Below are positions 23,410 through 37,181 of a stretch of 51,307 bases of DNA, piece after piece. The notes beneath the pieces were generated by a model that did no database searches, had not been told where the DNA came from, and worked only from the letters and a program-made list of their open reading frames with translations. Positions within the stretch are counted from its first letter, which is position 1. The number at the start of each line of letters is the position of its first letter. Position numbers and translations under genes: made by a program. The stretch is from positions 46,861,772 to 46,913,078 of the forward strand of contig NC_068992.1 of the NCBI RefSeq assembly GCF_001194135.2. Direction: 5' to 3'. This DNA is from Octopus bimaculoides. Its lineage: Eukaryota.

Positions 23410-25889
23410 GTAACTTAGTTGGCAAGAGTTCCATAGTAGGAGTATGTTGGTAACGTTTATATAAAACACTCATTTATTAATTTTGTCTTTCAAAGGATGT
23501 TCGTGACATTTTGTTCCAACGGAGAAAATTCTCTTGTCAACAGAAAAATTCTATTTATTTACATTTTTTTAGTGAATAAATCTATGTTTACAAGAATAAA
23601 GTATAATGTTATCATAGTTTTTTTTTTTACCATATTTTGAATTAATTATGATTGTTTTTTTTTTATTGTCTTGAGTTTCATTTATTAAAATCGGTCTTAT
23701 TCGTCAACAGAAGCAATTATTTTGATCTGTTTGAATCTCCATAGTACGATGTAATTAATGGTTTGCTAATTTTGTTTACATAGAATATATCCCGTGGGCA
23801 GTATTTGCAAAAACATAATAAAATATTTGCATAAATTAGTTTCTGCTTATTAATATTTATTATCAAGTTCTTCCAAGACTAATGCTGTTTCTTCTCTCTT
23901 GCTATGCTGGAAAGTTATTCAGTGAGCAGATATCTTTGACATATAGATCCTATATTCTGAGCGTTTTTTTATCACGGGAGCCATATGTGTCATTACAATG
24001 TTCTTTTCCGCCACTTTAGTCCTTTGATGTTTAGCTTTTAAAAATAAATCTGGAGAGTGTTTTTGGATCGAGTTTTTACATCTCTTATCATATTAGGTAA
24101 TTAGGATCTGAAGATATCTTGAGATTCTGTGGGGAAGATATTAGCATCATTAAAACTACGCACTTTTGATGAGTGAGGCATGAAACCCATCGATAATTAT
24201 ATAGTTCTTCTGTAAATATTTAACGTTTACAAAACACTACTTTAATTATAGTAGAGCATGATAGTTTATACATTACTACTTGAAATAGCAGCTAGAGCAT
24301 AGTATCTAAATCTCATTATCAAGTTAGTTTAAACTGCAACCCAGAACAATCTCTTCAAAAGCAGAAGGTACATCGCACTCAACTAATTGTCATACGCTTC
24401 ACAGTTCAACTGAAGCTTATAATGGATTTGTTCATACACATCATTGGCACAATTACCGCTGTAGACTCTGACATGCTAACCAACCGACTCTCCTTCACAT
24501 GCATGTTCCAACTCCACAGCTGCGCTGCCTCAGTACTTTATATTTCTATGAATGTGATTATAGTCACTATTCCTTGGTGATCATGCCATCGCCAATCAAG
24601 AATTCATTTCCCACTCACCTTTTCTCGTATTATTGTTATTTTGTGCCGAACCTCCTTGGTCCTGTACTAATCATGCACAGCTATTTCTTCCCAGAAAATA
24701 AAATATTTAGAAGTACGTCTATCTTTTCCGTGGGAATTAACAAAGTGACGAGAAAGATGCGAATAATATCAATATCACGGTGGAAGTCATGGAAATTTCC
24801 CTTTCTTCAGACTCATTCCATACAAGAAATACGCCATGCTATTATATACTGTTTAGAAAAAAAAAATTCCTATGGACAACAGATGAAGGGTAGCTGTTTA
24901 GATGGATCATCTGTCACTCTTTACCAAGCATCAATGATTTTGCTCTCATGCTTCGTACTTCTTTTAGATTATTTAGAAACACATCGAAGCTCTTATTGAA
25001 GTATATTTAACCACAGGCATTTATAATGTTACTTTTTATCTAAACTAAGCATTTTGCCTTTGCCAAAACTATTCAGAACCACTCTTAATTCCCGTACTAT
25101 AAGGCTTCAAAAACATTTTTTTTTTGTCTTTTGAAAAATAAATGGTTCCGGCTTGGCTTTACATCTAGTAATAATTTGTTTCTGTACTCATATTCTTATT
25201 CACAGATCGCTTTTCTAAAATATATCGAATTTTTCTTTAATAAGCATTTTATCTATTTCCACCGTTGTTTTCACGTTTCCTTCTATAGCAGCATTTGTGA
25301 GGATTATAGCTTAAAACGTAGTTTTGAAAGAAACGTTTTACCTAATTCTATACCTTTGTATATATGTTTGTAAGCTGATATTCTTATTTATAAGGATTCT
25401 ATATATTGCATGTGCACTTCTTCATTGTTTGTGCCATGTTTACTGATGATACGGGCTGTAATCTTCTTAATTTTCCTGAAAGGATTAGAAAGATTCATCT
25501 AGAGAATCGTACTAGCTCTTGTATGTATGATATATGGTCTATGTTTTTGTTTTACCTTAGTATTCAAATAATTTATTCTATGCTGGTAATACCTATTTTG
25601 CTTAGGAAACATTGACCTTTTAGTTTTAAGAGAATCGATGTAGAGAGAAAATAATAAAACTCATCTATGTCACAAGAGTTGTACGAAATGTGAGTTTAAT
25701 GCTTTCGGTACATTGAATCCCATACATACATCTGTATTGCAGTCGAATATATGTCTACTTTTTAAAACCGATCTATATATGATCATTCTTCTTATTAGCT
25801 CATTAACAGAATTGTTATAATGCAAATCATTATCATTAACTTGACGGGAATTGGCATAATATTTCACTGTTGGATAGGTCTTGCGGTAT

Positions 25890-25968
25890 TTCCTACAAAA
25901 CTCTACACTCTGATTTCAAATCCCATTTAGGGCGATATCGTCATTCAGTATTTAGTTGTCGATAAAAA
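25890..25968 (+). mobile_element. SINE head fragment (third family)
   Basis: TCTGATTTCAAATCCC B-box-like plus GTCGATAAAAAT; homologous to the reverse strands of 33600-33700 and 36020-36100. Confidence 0.5.
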
Positions 25969-27023
25969 TGGACCAATCCAGCGAGAGAATAGATGGAAGT
26001 ATTCCAGGGTCAACAGAGAAGCTTTGCGATATCAGGTTTTGCTTGTTGCTTTCCTCGGTGCTGATGCCAAGCTACATCGAACAATACGATCCAAAAGGAT
26101 AAACATCAACGACATGAAAGGTGTGACAACATTTAAACATTCGCAACTACGCGTTGTTGCAAGATAATTTGGTCTGGCCTGCGCCTATGTTTACAGATAC
26201 ATGAACAACATTGAGCAACAGAAGCTACATATTGATGTTACTGGTATTAGAATCTATTGTAGCAGATTGCTAAAACGACACAAACATGCCGCACAATATT
26301 TATTCCATTGTGAGTTCGAATGTAGTCTATGTTAAAATGCTTACAAAATAACGCAACAGTCAAGTCTTTACTTGGTTTTACTAACCGATTCAGTCCTTGC
26401 GTAGTGATAGCCTCACTTTTTCCTCATAAGAATATGACTTGCAATCTTTGTTAAAAATTTCCTTTTTACATTCCACAGGAAAGGTAATACCTTCCTCCGG
26501 ATTATAAGTGAATTCAGAAATCGAGTTCGCCAAATACGAACATACACGAACTTACCGAATTGACTGGAACTCAATTAACTGTTGTTCTTGTTGTAATAGT
26601 TGCTTCTGCAACTCCTATAGTTGTTCCTGTTGCTTCTCTTGAATCAGTATTACTGCAGCTAATAGGTTATCCTTAATTTAACAATTTGTATAACGAACAA
26701 ATTATCAAATAACCTACGTGAGCTTCCCAAAATCCACGTCACCAGATGTCATATCCTTACACCTCTAGTATCATAGCAAGTTTGATATCGTCGAGGATAG
26801 ATAACGAATACTCTGTCACAGTGTTATAACAATAAAAAATAGAAACAGCAGCAGTAACAAACACGCAACGAACCAACAATCAATATTACCAACACACAAA
26901 CTGGAAGAGTATCTGGACTTCGAAGACCAAACTACGAACTGCCGACTACGTCAAACCGCTACTATTTATATGTGATGGTCCCGTATATTCTCGTTTGAAG
27001 GTCTTGTACTCTCGTCACAAGAA

Positions 27024-27170
27024 TACATACATACATACATACATACATACATAATACATTCATACATACATACATACATACATACATACATACATACATA
27101 CATACGTACACACACATATACACACACACATAAGCACAGACAAACACATGCACACAAATACACGCATACG
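27024..27170. repeat. (CATA)n/(CA)n microsatellite
   Basis: Directly visible. Confidence 0.95.
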
Positions 27171-27812
27171 CGGAGTTTCGGTTTTCCGTGTACCTTCCAC
27201 CATATCTCAATCTTTCTGAGTGTCTGTCTTTCTTTCTCTTTAGATATCCGTACACCTGTCTTATCAATGTGGAATTTTTCCGACGCTCGAATAATTCTGC
27301 CCAACTCCAAGTATACTATAAAGGCACGACTGATCTCGGCGATCATATCGTAGAGGCACTAAAGATCTTATTGAAAGGATATCTTAATATTACTTTTTGC
27401 AGTCATATTGACAACGTACATCCCCCTTCTTCGTCTCGTTTAACTGGAGATTATTTACATTAGAATATGAAGACTCCATTGCAAATGACAGTTGTCAATC
27501 TTGTCATTTGTAGAAGCACGTATAAATGGAACTGAAAATATCGAGTTATTTGCAGTAACAGTTTCTCTCGTGTAAACTACTTATTTGCAAGCGAATATAT
27601 CATTGCCAAAAACAAAGAGCTGTACAGAATAGCAAATCATATTTCATTCAAAAATGTTTTAATTTATAGTGACTGAAATGTCACAGATATATTTCTTGTT
27701 GTCCAATAATTTCCACATATTTTTGACACGCTGAACAATCTGTTTAGGCTCATTCGTATTCAACAGACACAACTACAGCAAGCCACCTTAATGAAGTTTC
27801 GTTGTTACAAAG

Positions 27813-27889
27813 CTACGTGGGAATTATGACATCCAGTTCAAGGCAAGCCATTACATTACATTACAAACTGATGGTGATTTCCACATTCT
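27813..27889 (+). CDS. Candidate exon LRGNYDIQFKASHYITLQTDGDFHI(L); an alternative acceptor at 27748 uses a different frame
   Basis: Strong donor TTCT|GTGAGT and acceptor TTTCGTTGTTACAAAG. Peptide looks protein-like but is unrecognised. Confidence 0.25.
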
Positions 27890-28095
27890 GTGAGTATGCC
27901 AAATATTTGAAAAGTACTGTCATCGTATACAATGATCAAGTGTTGTGTTCGAGCAATTAATATTCGAAAGTTTATTTGTCTATTGACAATAGTTACAATA
28001 ATAGAATTATATTGTGGCTGAACATTATACAGATGTCAATAGTCCTTCCTAGTTATCTCCCCACTCAATCTCTTGCTGTCTGTTACTCACTTTCA

Positions 28096-28137
<42 letters not shown>

Positions 28138-28243
28138 CTTAGCAAACAATATGTCTATTTATCTATCTATCTACTTAGCAAACAATATGTCTATTTATCT
28201 ATCTATCTACTTAGCAAACAATATGTCTATTTATCTATCTATT
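28138..28243 (+). repeat. 36-bp minisatellite x3 attached to an (ATCT)n array
   Basis: Unit CTTAGCAAACAATATGTCTATTTATCTATCTATCTA starts at 28138, 28174 and 28210. Confidence 0.95.
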
Positions 28244-30964
28244 AGACAGTTGTTTCGAAGACTGGGTGAAAATGCCAATCACCTCGTTGGCCTCAAATTC
28301 AGATTTCAGGCACTGTTTCTAATCAACTGTTCTGAAGCTATCAAATAAATGCAAAACTAGACACACTTTTAGACAGATTATAGACTACAGATAAATGAGA
28401 GTTTCGAACAATAAGAAATGAAGATATGGCCGCAGAGAACATCTGCCAAAGAAATGCTAATGTATTCTGTATGGAAGTAGAATTAGAAATTAAATTACTT
28501 CTATTCTGAATACTATTGTTAATATTGATATTTTAGATCATAATCCTGTATGGTAGAAGAATTAATTGGCAAGAATTATTAGGAACGTTTCACCTATGCA
28601 GCGGAAATATATCAAAGAGAAAACAAAGCAAAGATATATTTGTCGTATAAATATATTTATAAAATTTCTGCATTAAATTTTCACACCTGATACTATCAAT
28701 AAACAGAAAAGAGTATATATCACGGTGGTCATATTGTAATAACACAAAATAAACTGTCTTTTCATCGACAAGATAAACTTCCTTTTCATCTGAGATAAAA
28801 TTACTTGCTTCTAAATACCTTTTCTACACTGATTCTAAATACGCCTCCAGTCTACATTTTCTCGAGCACATCTGGATTCTCACATATGATACTTATTATT
28901 TTCTCAATATTTTCAATACTTAACGTGCTTTAAAAATGAAAGAATTTTTTTTTAATCCGTGAAGAAAAGGGATTAATTCATACATAATTAGTTTTATCCA
29001 CATTAATATATCTTAGATTCGATATGATATACATGCATGTGAATAATCTGCATTATGCATACTTTAAAGTCACCGTGAATATGTTTCTGTCTTATAAACG
29101 TAAACGTAATCTAGGCCGTTGCGATATAGTTTCATTGATACTGGGATCTACGAATCTATATTGAGTTGCTTGATTCAATAGTATAAACGTCTTGATAGTA
29201 TTGTTCACCGTGCTCATAGCATACTTAACCAAGTGTTTCTAGTAAAAGATCTAGATCAGAAGGCAGGAAATGCACTTGTGATGACATTTACTATCGAACA
29301 ATCTATTTCTTTAAAATCATATAAGCAACTTTGAAGTTTCTGTAGAAATTCTATTAATGATCATGGTATTCAACANNNNNNNNNNCACGATATCAGACCT
29401 GACATAAGGACTTCAAAAATATATATATATTCTTGGGAACATCTAAACAAGGAAAATAGAACAATATTGATATTTGTTACGTAGTTGATCTTAGTGGTCA
29501 GTCACGTTTAATACAGAGGTCCATCGTAGTATGGTTGTCCTATAACAATTAAAGCTATATATATTTTGTAATCCCTTCTTATGTGCTCCATAGCACGGCA
29601 GCAACTTTGAAGTTTCTGTAGAAATTCTATTAATGATCATGGTATTCAACAGTATCTAGTCATATATCCTTGATTTACTACTTCTGTTTCAAGTTGAAAT
29701 TTAGGGAAATATGTATGATTTTACATATCTACTATCACATGACGCTATGTGTATTTTCCTAGTATATGGATGATTCCAAGAGAAATGATACAAATTGATC
29801 AAATGTAAATGTTGCGATAAAGGTCTAAAATTATTAAAGGAAGCAATAATTGTATTCCTTCCTATTTGAATATATAGACCAAAGAATATTCTATAAGCAA
29901 AGGGTACGTATGTAATGCATGTAATTAGAATCAAATATTATTTGATTGTAGATCTAAGCCTAACCCCATATATTAAGCACAAACATTAATATTCAGTTTC
30001 TATATAACCAACGATATATCTATTACGCTTATAAAACGATTTTCTGCGGGCGAAAATTGCAGCTACTGGCATTTCAGCTATATTCATACGTTAAGTAAAT
30101 CATATTGATAAAGATTTTACTATAGAGCAGATTCTATTGAATAATTTGAATTTTATTCTGCTTATATAGCATCTTTGCGAACCAGTTTGGACATTACACA
30201 CTGGCTCAGTATACTTCATATTGGTCGATACGTGACATTTAAGCCGCAACGGCGTTAAAATATGTAGCTGTCAATGATGTGCTCATTTCAAAGGTGATTT
30301 CGTTTCGCCAATCTCTGAAATCTATTGTAATTTCAATAAGTTTATGACGCGTTTTCTCCTGAATAAGAAATACAATTGTTCTCTGTATATCATGTATAGA
30401 ATTATGAATTGAATGTTTTATCGTGCAACAGATAACATACATTCCCAAACACTCATCCAGTACGAAAATATAAAAAATGTGATCCACGATATTCAATCTG
30501 TATTTTCTGATGAGGTATTCACAAAAGGATGTAAATAACAGGATAACCAAGAGCATTGTGGTTATCGCAGTTCATACATTTACACATTTAATCAGTGGAC
30601 TATTTCTGGCAAACATACATTTTGAAGGAAAGGAAGTGCTAAATAAGAATTCTTAGATATTGTCAAATTGGCTATGTATTATACTAATATCTTTTACTGT
30701 CATGTTAACTATAAAGCCAATTAATGAGATATAAAATACAATAAGATATAAATGAAGCAGCTAACAGGAAACTAAGAAAACCGTGTCAGTTAACAAAATA
30801 TATTTAACTAAGAAGAGAAAAAGGAGATGAGAGATGACTAGTGAAGAGAATGTCGTTTTCGATTTACGGCTTGTAAAACAGGATGGAGAAAGACACAGAA
30901 TCAATGATACAGACCTTCACACACGTGCACGCGTGCGCAAGCACACGCACGCACACATTTATGC

Positions 30965-30995
<31 letters not shown>

Positions 30996-32061
30996 CAGGA
31001 GACCAGTAGATGGACTGGTCATGTGCTAGAAGAAGATCACATGATCAGTCCATCTACTAGTCTCCTGTATATATTATTCGTATATATCTTTATATAAACA
31101 TATACAATAATCTCAGATATGTTTCTGAATCTCCCTGATTCTTTTAATGTGCTAGTTAACTGGTATTAGATTGATATTAATTAATATCTAATTTTTTACC
31201 NNNNNNNNNNNNNNNNNNNNNNNNNNNNNNNNTATATATACATACTTTCTATAGACATGTACGAACACACACATGACATATACATATATCTCTATATATA
31301 AAAAATTGGCAATCGAATTATACGAAGATCGGGATTTCTACTGGAATTGGTTGCCAGAACAACTATCAAAAATGTGTAGGATCGTCTCTAATTGTTACTT
31401 GAAACTATCGAAAGCGAAGTGAGAACGTATTTGACTACACCATCCAAGTTCATATCGTTTTAAATAGATATCAAATGATAGTATGATGCACAGCTGTAAA
31501 CAGCAGCTGCATCAACAGCTGCACATTTAGCATCACTAGCAGAATATATGATTGGAATATTTATATTATCCAGCTGCTGGATTTGTCAGAAACAGGAAAT
31601 AATCGATGGATTGCAGGTTTTCTAAAGAGAGTTAGCTAGCTTTAAGTTGTAAAAGTGATTATCTTGCAAAGTGTAACATAGAAAATATGTACGACGATTA
31701 TTAAGGTGTACTAAACGCAGCCGAATCAGATAATTCAGTGATAATTCTGTCGTTTATCAGTATATGTGCAATTAATTCTTTCTAAGCCTAACTTTATTTC
31801 AATATTTTTATCGGAAGAGGAAGATTACCACCAATGACAAATACCACCGCCTTCAAAAACATGAACTTTTAAACAGATCTGTCAGTTAAACGACAAACTG
31901 ATATTCCTAGAGATAACACGAGTAGTATGCGCATAAAGATGTACCACACATGGTATTTGACGATTTATATGGGTTTTCAGACCTGGAATAGGTATATCCA
32001 ACATCGCGACAGTAAGCTCATAAACAAGTTAAGATATCAGAAACAAATATATATATCTATG

Positions 32062-32096
<35 letters not shown>

Positions 32097-32644
32097 NNNN
32101 NNNNNNNNNNNNNNNNNNNNNNNNNNNNNNNNNNNNNNNNNNNNNNNNNNNNNNNNNNNNNNNNNNNNNNNNNNNNNNNNNNNNNNNNNNNNNNNNNNNN
32201 NNNNNNNNNNNNNNNNNNNNNNNNNNNNNNNNNNNNNNNNNNNNNNNNNNNNNNNNNNNNNNNNNNNNNNNNNNNNNNNNNNNNNNNNNNNNNNNNNNNN
32301 NNNNNNNNNNNNNNNNNNNNNNNNNNNNNNNNNNNNNNNNNNNNNNNNNNNNNNNNNNNNNNNNNNNNNNNNNNNNNNNNNNNNNNNNNNNNNNNNNNNN
32401 NNNNNNNNNNNNNNNNNNNNNNNNNNNNNNNNNNNNNNNNNNNNNNNNNNNNNNNNNNNNNNNNNNNNNNNNNNNNNNNNNNNNNNNNNNNNNNNNNNNN
32501 NNNNNNNNNNNNNNNNNNNNNNNNNNNNNNNNNNNNNNNNNNNNNNNNNNNNNNNNNNNNNNNNNNNNNNNNNNNNNNNNNNNNNNNNNNNNNNNNNNNN
32601 NNNNNNNNNNNNNNNNNNNNNNNNNNNNNNNNNNNNNNNNNNNG

Positions 32645-32691
<47 letters not shown>

Positions 32692-33539
32692 ACACACACA
32701 CACACACACATACATATTCATATATGTGTGTTTGTGTGTGAGTGTATGAGAGAGATAGTGACAAAATATTATGTATGTATGTTGGAGTATGTGTATGAGC
32801 GTGTTATATGTAGCAATCCGAAATGGAAACCCAGTGAAAAATAGCGACAATGATTATTATATAAGACCCAAATGTCTACACAGAACGAGTGTAGACACGC
32901 ACGTACAGCAACGCATATGTCCTCTCCACATATATTAAAAACATGCGTAATCGAACTACTGCAGCTTCGAGGAAAGAATGAAAGGAAATCAATAAATATT
33001 AGTATAAAATAACAAGCAATCATGAACAAAATAATTAAAAAAAAAATACTTGCTTTCATTCCTCGAAAGGATATAACAAGCGACTCTGAAAAGCGTAAAT
33101 ATCTGAAGGGGTTTTGATTACGGCACATAAACGAAGACCCATCAACGCCACCGCCATATTCACAAACTACGAAAATCTTTTCCTGAAAAGGGTGATTTAG
33201 CATACGATGACGAGGAAAAAGATGAGAAAATGAAGTATGAATTATTCACATTATTTCTGGTATCACCCAAATGAGTATAATAAGAGATTTGCCACATTAG
33301 AATATTTACCAGCGTTATAGAATATATTTCAGTAAGATAGAATATTTTCCAGCGTTATAGAATATCTATTTTAATAATATAATAGAATACACACAGAAAT
33401 TTTGTCGTGGAAGGGGCAAGAGAATATAATTTGGGACTTGTAGAGCGACAGAAAGAAGAAATTTACGAACGTTTCTTTTTAAATTATAGTAAAAAAATAA
33501 TCAGCACGAACGGGAATGAGAACAATGCTTTGAAATATC

Positions 33540-33733
33540 GGTTCAAGGCCAACAATTTTGGGGTTGAAGGATAAATCGGTTACATCAACCCCTTTACTTT
33601 AACGTCATTGTATTTCATCAACTCTGAAATGATTGAATGCAATATTGACCTCGGCATGATTTGAACTCGGGACGTAAAGCTCCAAGAGAAATATCATAAA
33701 TCATGTCGTCCAATGTTCTAACGCTTCTGACAG

Positions 33734-33735
<2 letters not shown>
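33540..33735 (-). mobile_element. Degenerate tRNA-derived SINE (third family)
   Basis: Reverse-strand B-box GAGTTCAAATC; TTGACCTCGGCATGATTTGAACTCGGGACGTAAAG matches 36020-36050. Confidence 0.65.
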
Positions 33736-33764
<29 letters not shown>

Positions 33765-34194
33765 AACTACAAAGAGCTGCAGCAGCAGTGGTAGTAGGAG
33801 CAGCAATAGTGTGTGACAAGGCTGTAATTACAAGTACAAGCCACCCCATGTAGTTCTACGGCAGTCCAATCTCTTTCACAAAATGTAGGTCGACAAATTG
33901 GCATTTTGACTAAGGCGGGTCGTGTTGAGATGGAACCCACGACAACGTGACGGCGAAAATTAATTTTTCACAAACCTGCCAACCTGAGAATGCAGATTTC
34001 TTGGGCAATATATATAACGTTTAAAGACGAAGAAATTATTTTACTTGGTGATCGCTCACTACAATGATTACATTCAAAACAGCTGTACTTTAGTGAGAAC
34101 ATATGTGGTATTGCTGCAACCGCGCTATACAGCCGTAATTGTTAAATGACAATGAAGAGCATGCACAACTGTGAGGTTCAGAAGTTCATTTCTC

Positions 34195-34530
34195 AGCCAC
34201 CTGATTTTGGTTCCGTTACCCTGTACAATACATTTGCTACAATAGCCTCGATTATACCATTCGTCTCTAAGTCGAATTGGTAGAAGGAATCTGTGTGGAA
34301 GCCCGTCTTACACATGCGTGAGTGTCTTCGGGTATGAAATTGTGGTTCCGCAATCTCATATGCCTTTTTTACGACACCAAAACTTCATGTTAGTCAGAAA
34401 AATAACCGTTCAGAATAATTACCAGACTTATAATAATTGATAGTAGTAGTTTTGTCTGAATTAATTTCTAAAGGCGGTGCCCCAGCGTGGCCGTAGTCTA
34501 ATGACTGCAACAAATAAAAGTGAAAAATAA
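34195..34530 (+). mobile_element. Near full-length degenerate SINE (first family)
   Basis: Head remnants TTGGTAGAAGGAATCTGTGTGGAAGCCCGTC match 16125-16150. Tail AAGGCGGTGCCCCAGCGTGGCCGTAGTCTAATGACTG matches 300-330. Confidence 0.75.
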
Positions 34531-35057
34531 AATAACTGAACGACAGAAAATATTATAAGAATACAAGATTTATTTATTAGCGATATCAAAACGACCTGCA
34601 GGAATCAACAAAACAACCAACAAATTGTGTTATTGAATCAAGAGTTACTTTAGACATGACAAATATAGACACATGCACATATCGTCGGAAATCCGCCATC
34701 ATAGGAGAGAGAAAACAAAGAGACCTGAAGGAAAACAACACAAACTACAAACAGTAACACACAATCAATTAATATATAGTTTACACATATTGTAACCACA
34801 TATAAAGTGGTAGTAACATAACAGCAGATGTACTGAGTATTATAGACTGGCCGGAAGTAATAAAAAATCGATTGCAAAATAAATAAATAAAAGTTTCTTT
34901 ACTCAACCCAGGAAACGGCGGAAATACTTGCCCTGAGGTAGGCATACAGACATACAGATGATATACATATATACTTACGTATGTGTATGTGTGTGTGTGT
35001 TTGTGTGTGTGTGTGTATCAACGGACATACATATGCTTGCATATGTATACATATTTG

Positions 35058-35113
<56 letters not shown>

Positions 35114-35994
35114 TACCTAGATTCATGTGTTGTATGTCCATATATATATATGTGTGTGTGTATGTGCGTATGCATAGACTGAATAAAATTAATTCTCGTA
35201 CTTATATATTTCAATTTCACATAGTTATACATACATGCATAGTTACAGTTTTCTGCATGTCTATGCATACGCTAAATTGTGAATACATGCACAGCTATAC
35301 AATACAAACTGACATGCAATTCCCAGGCAGATGAATGCCTGGTAGAAACAAGAAACAGTAAAAGAAAAACAGTTATAATTATACACATTTCACATATACA
35401 CAAACATTCACACACATATACGTAGATAAATGTATGTGTGTGTTGAGTGTGTTTACTGTAAGTAGTAAATGCTACACACAAAAGAACAATTGCAAAACCG
35501 TGCAAGGACAACTATGATGATGATGATGATGATGGTGATGACGATCACGGTCATGATAATTTTTTTTTCCTATTTATATAATAATAGTTACGCTTCTCAG
35601 AGCTTGGTTATTAAGTATTTTCTCACGGGACTACTTTATAGAAAAATATTCATTTTCGTATTTGTAACAACAAAGGGTTTAAAACATTTTTTAAATCACC
35701 CTTTCACCCCAAGTCAAAAAGTATAAGAAATTATCGTTTATTAGTGTCTTAAACGGGAAGCTCTTTTTTTACGTAGATAGTAGTTGGACTTAAATGTGAC
35801 AACAACGAACGGGACTCCATGATTTTTGAAAATTTAAATAACACGCGGAGAGAAAAAAATAAATACATATACAAAGAGAAACGTGACAGTCAAAGATGGC
35901 GTAAGAATTTAACATGTAAACATGCAAACTGAAATGACAAAAAAATCACAAAAATCATAACACGCCAATCTTTGTTAGAATTGTGAGTAACATA

Positions 35995-36108
35995 TCGATT
36001 TCACATTTTGGCACAAACCAGAAGAATTTGAAATCCGAACGTTAAGACGGAAGAAATTGCGCTAATCATTTTGTTGGGCATGCAAAAGGTTCCTGCCAGA
36101 TGGCCGCG
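35995..36108 (-). mobile_element. Internally deleted SINE (third family)
   Basis: TTTTGGCACAAACC joined directly to GAATTTGAAATCCGAACGTTAAGACGG..GCTAATCATTTTG; the middle present at 33560-33650 is missing. Confidence 0.5.
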
Positions 36109-36448
36109 CTTCTTGAGTGTAAAATGTTGAAGTGATATCAAACAACTTTGTGTAAAGGATGAGATTTATTGCAAGAAAATGCCCGTTTACTTGAGGACTT
36201 TATCCAGAAATTGGCTCACAGAAAGTTTGTGTAATCTCTTATGAAATTTTGATGGATTCTATATGAGTTAAAGGAATTTCTGGCTGGTGCGTGATGGCAT
36301 GCAAACTGCGCCGACCATAACAGGATTTTTAAGATGTATGTACTTTGTTAAATTCGATAATCAATTGAGGACAGCGTTGATCAGTTTTTTTTCCAGAAAC
36401 TGTACCCGGACCATTAATGCTAAACATGAGCTCTAAGGATACAAAGCC

Positions 36449-36499
36449 ATGGCGAAAATTAGAAGCTCATACGTTGAATACGAATGTGTCTTAATTTTC
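36449..36499 (+). CDS. Candidate initial coding segment MAKIRSSYVEYECVLIF within exon 36397-36499
   Basis: Acceptor TTTTTTTTCCAG, Kozak-like GCCATGG, phase-0 donor TTC|GTAAGG. Confidence 0.25.
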
Positions 36500-37142
36500 G
36501 TAAGGCTATATAATTATTTATGTGCGCGTAGGAGTTACTGTCGACATGTGTTTGTATATAATTCCTGGATAACACTCAAAAGTATATAATTATCTCGAAA
36601 TACAACTCCATAGTGAAAACGATGATGGGTCAGAATAAAATATCTATTTGCGAAAAATGTAGTAGCAAATGCTTTGCACCGTAGACGTTCTTTGAAATAA
36701 GGAGACTTTGGTTTTGCATGTATTAAAATTGATTCTACGCATGCTGTTGGATCCTATTTAAACGAAATTTGATGTGAGGAAACGTGGTAAAGTCTTCAAA
36801 ATTGTCAATCTTCAAAATCGAAGGTTTGCTGGTGGCTTATCTGATTCATTTCTGTTTAGGATTATTTAGGTTTCTTTGGTTTAAATAGAAATATAACCAG
36901 CTTGACTTGATGTTTAAATAAAAAAAAAAGCTCATACCAATACAACGTAATTAACTCTAGCCAGAAATGAATCTATTCTGTATTCTTTATATTGATGTTT
37001 AACATATAGGATAGAAGAGACATCCTTTTTCCTTCATACAATACGCGAAACAAACAACGTCCCAGTAGTTACTCCTTGCTTAGAAACAGATAAGGAAATG
37101 ATGTATAATTGGAGATGCTTTTTATTTTATTTTTTTTTAAAG

Positions 37143-37181
37143 AAGGGCAAGTTTGATGGGCTGAATTGGCTGATTCATGAT
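37143..37181 (+). CDS. Candidate 39-nt symmetric (phase 0-0) exon KGKFDGLNWLIHD
   Basis: Very strong acceptor TTTTTATTTTATTTTTTTTTAAAG and consensus donor GAT|GTAAGT; frame open. Best exon candidate in the window; gene unidentified. Confidence 0.45.

Noticed and set aside
26555-26665. Minus-strand Gln-rich exon-like segment with GTAAGT donor
   Set aside because: In-frame TAG, no pyrimidine tract at the acceptor, and composition of a decayed (CAA/CAG)n repeat.
29324-29651. Exact 52-bp direct repeat (29324-29375 and 29600-29651)
   Set aside because: 100% identical, with the first copy ending exactly at a 10-N gap; most likely a scaffolding or contig-overlap artefact.
33049-33186. Frame with a PPPY motif interrupted by one TGA (KYLKGF*LRHINEDPSTPPPYSQ)
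   Set aside because: No splice or homology support, and competing open frames on the other strand; consistent with chance.
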